DNA from: a virus
Lineage: Duplodnaviria > Caudoviricetes
Virus record (IMG/VR): IMGVR_UViG_3300044633_001084
Coordinates: 1 to 35,868 of that record
Direction: 5' to 3' (one strand)
Length of the DNA: 35,868 bases
A program made the translations under genes and the position numbers. Positions 34,879-35,868 of the stretch are shown here, one piece after another. Within the stretch, counting starts at the first letter, position 1, and every line of letters begins with the position of its first letter. Below the pieces are notes generated by a model that saw only the letters and a program-made list of their open reading frames with translations, had not been told where the DNA came from and did no database searches.

Positions 34879-35517
34879 ATGAAGTTAACTATTGACAAAT
34901 TCCAAAAGCTACAAAGCATAGCGACAATTGAGACAGATGAATTGTTAAGAGCCAGCAAGTTAGTTCAAGTATTACTTGACAAAAGTGAGGACTATGTTGA
35001 GTCATTGCCTCCGAAAAAGTTTGGCAAGCTATGCATGAAACTAAAGGATGAATTTGATCTAAAGATTGATCAAGCAACAATGTCAATACCTAGGTCTATT
35101 ATACAAGCAAACGGCAAAGCTTATCATTTAAACTTTGATGTAAAGATGCCATTTAACACCGGCAGATATATTGAGGTTTTGACATTTAGCAAAGATGATC
35201 CTATCATGAATATGCATAATATTTTAGCTAGTATCTGTACGCCTTTAAAATGGAGCTGGCGCAAGCTTAACTTTGTCAAGCAAGACTATGATGCGCTAAA
35301 GCATGAGGAATATGCAAACGATATGAAACAAGCAGAGTTTAAGCACGGATATTTCGCAATGGTTTTTTTTTATCAAGTCTTAAAACATTCAACGAACAAT
35401 ACGATGGATTGTTTGATCAGCGAGATGAATTTGAGGAAGGTGAACAAAAAAAGAACGCAACAATTGAAGAGAATTTTGCAAGCAATTGGGGATGGATCTA
35501 CAACGCAAAAGAAGTAG
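34879..35517 (+). CDS. Putative tail assembly chaperone, zero-frame product
   Basis: 212 aa; contains the slippery site ATG GTT TTT TTT TAT (MVFFY) at 35359-35373. Confidence 0.65.
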   Translation: MKLTIDKFQKLQSIATIETDELLRASKLVQVLLDKSEDYVESLPPKKFGKLCMKLKDEFDLKIDQATMSIPRSIIQANGKAYHLNFDVKMPFNTGRYIEVLTFSKDDPIMNMHNILASICTPLKWSWRKLNFVKQDYDALKHEEYANDMKQAEFKHGYFAMVFFYQVLKHSTNNTMDCLISEMNLRKVNKKRTQQLKRILQAIGDGSTTQKK

Positions 35518-35654
35518 CCGACTTTGAAGCCATACCTTTAGACAAGGTTTATGATTTATCAGTCATTCAATTTCTTAATGATTTGTCCTATTTAAAAAGT
35601 AAAAAGCAACTAGATGAGCATCAATATAAACAAAGCACAAGCAGACTTTCTTAG
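35364..35654 (+). CDS. -1 frameshift extension of the tail chaperone (G-T-like product)
   Basis: The -1 frame is open from 35343 to TAG 35654 with no ATG and reads FFLSSLKTFNEQYDGLF...NWGWIY...QFLNDLSYLK. Confidence 0.65.
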   Translation, partial: FFLSSLKTFNEQYDGLFDQRDEFEEGEQKKNATIEENFASNWGWIYNAKEVADFEAIPLDKVYDLSVIQFLNDLSYLKSKKQLDEHQYKQSTSRLS

Positions 35655-35868
35655 TCAAGGTGGCGATCTAGGTGGCACGGACATCATGGAGTTTGGTGTG
35701 GTCAATGGCGTGCTTGAGCAATATGGTGAAGAGTTACTAAAAAATATTAGTTACTTTGGTAATAATAAAGGCGTAGTCGGTAGCGGTGAATTGCTTAGTA
35801 ATATGATCCCAGAGATCATTGAGCAAAATGGTGTAACTACCTTTACGCTAAGAATGCTAGACTATTTT
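35614..35868 (+). CDS. 5' part of the putative tail completion protein (continues at 1..581)
   Basis: MSININKAQADFLSQGGDLGGTDIMEFGVVNGVLEQ... is in frame with ORF 9..581. Confidence 0.75.
   Translation, partial: MSININKAQADFLSQGGDLGGTDIMEFGVVNGVLEQYGEELLKNISYFGNNKGVVGSGELLSNMIPEIIEQNGVTTFTLRMLDYF
35690..35868. repeat. Terminal direct repeat, right copy
   Basis: Matches 1..179 with one mismatch. Confidence 0.97.

Noticed and set aside
1-35868. tRNA genes, stop-codon reassignment, introns or inteins
   Set aside because: No cloverleaf is seen in the few intergenic gaps, genes tile densely under the standard code, and TerL, helicase and primase are uninterrupted.

Overview
The window is an apparently complete, circularly permuted genome (unit length 35,689 bp; 1..179 repeats 35690..35868 with one mismatch) of a tailed dsDNA phage with siphovirus-like genes. 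The host is most likely Bacteroidota, judging from TAnnTTTG promoters, A-rich starts without Shine-Dalgarno sites, a lipoprotein spanin and an SprB-like repeat. The + strand late module runs TerS-TerL, a -1 frameshifting tail-chaperone candidate, tail completion/tip genes, tape measure, prohead protease, scaffold, major capsid, tail tube, portal, head-tail connectors, an S74-chaperoned tail fibre and a lysis cassette. The - strand carries early/recombination genes (SSB-like, PD-(D/E)xK nuclease, RNase H-like exonuclease, DUF3310, SF2 helicase, DnaA-C-like HTH). A second + strand block has VRR-NUC, primase-helicase, a candidate origin, a sigma-like factor and a glycosylation cluster. I see no integrase, repressor, tRNA, methyltransferase or reverse transcriptase. 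The most striking feature is a tail-tip protein with about 160 residues of mucin-like Thr/Ser/Pro tracts separating Cys-rich and SprB-like domains. It is followed immediately by a GT-A glycosyltransferase whose motifs resemble eukaryotic peptide O-glycosyltransferases (HPAT/SERGT1), and the late region encodes two more GTs and an acyltransferase. Together these suggest a phage-encoded virion mucin O-glycosylation system. Also notable is near-total avoidance of CAGG/CCTG and TCGA, with the few CAGG sites concentrated in the two receptor-binding tips. All product calls come from motif recognition by eye; no database searches were run.
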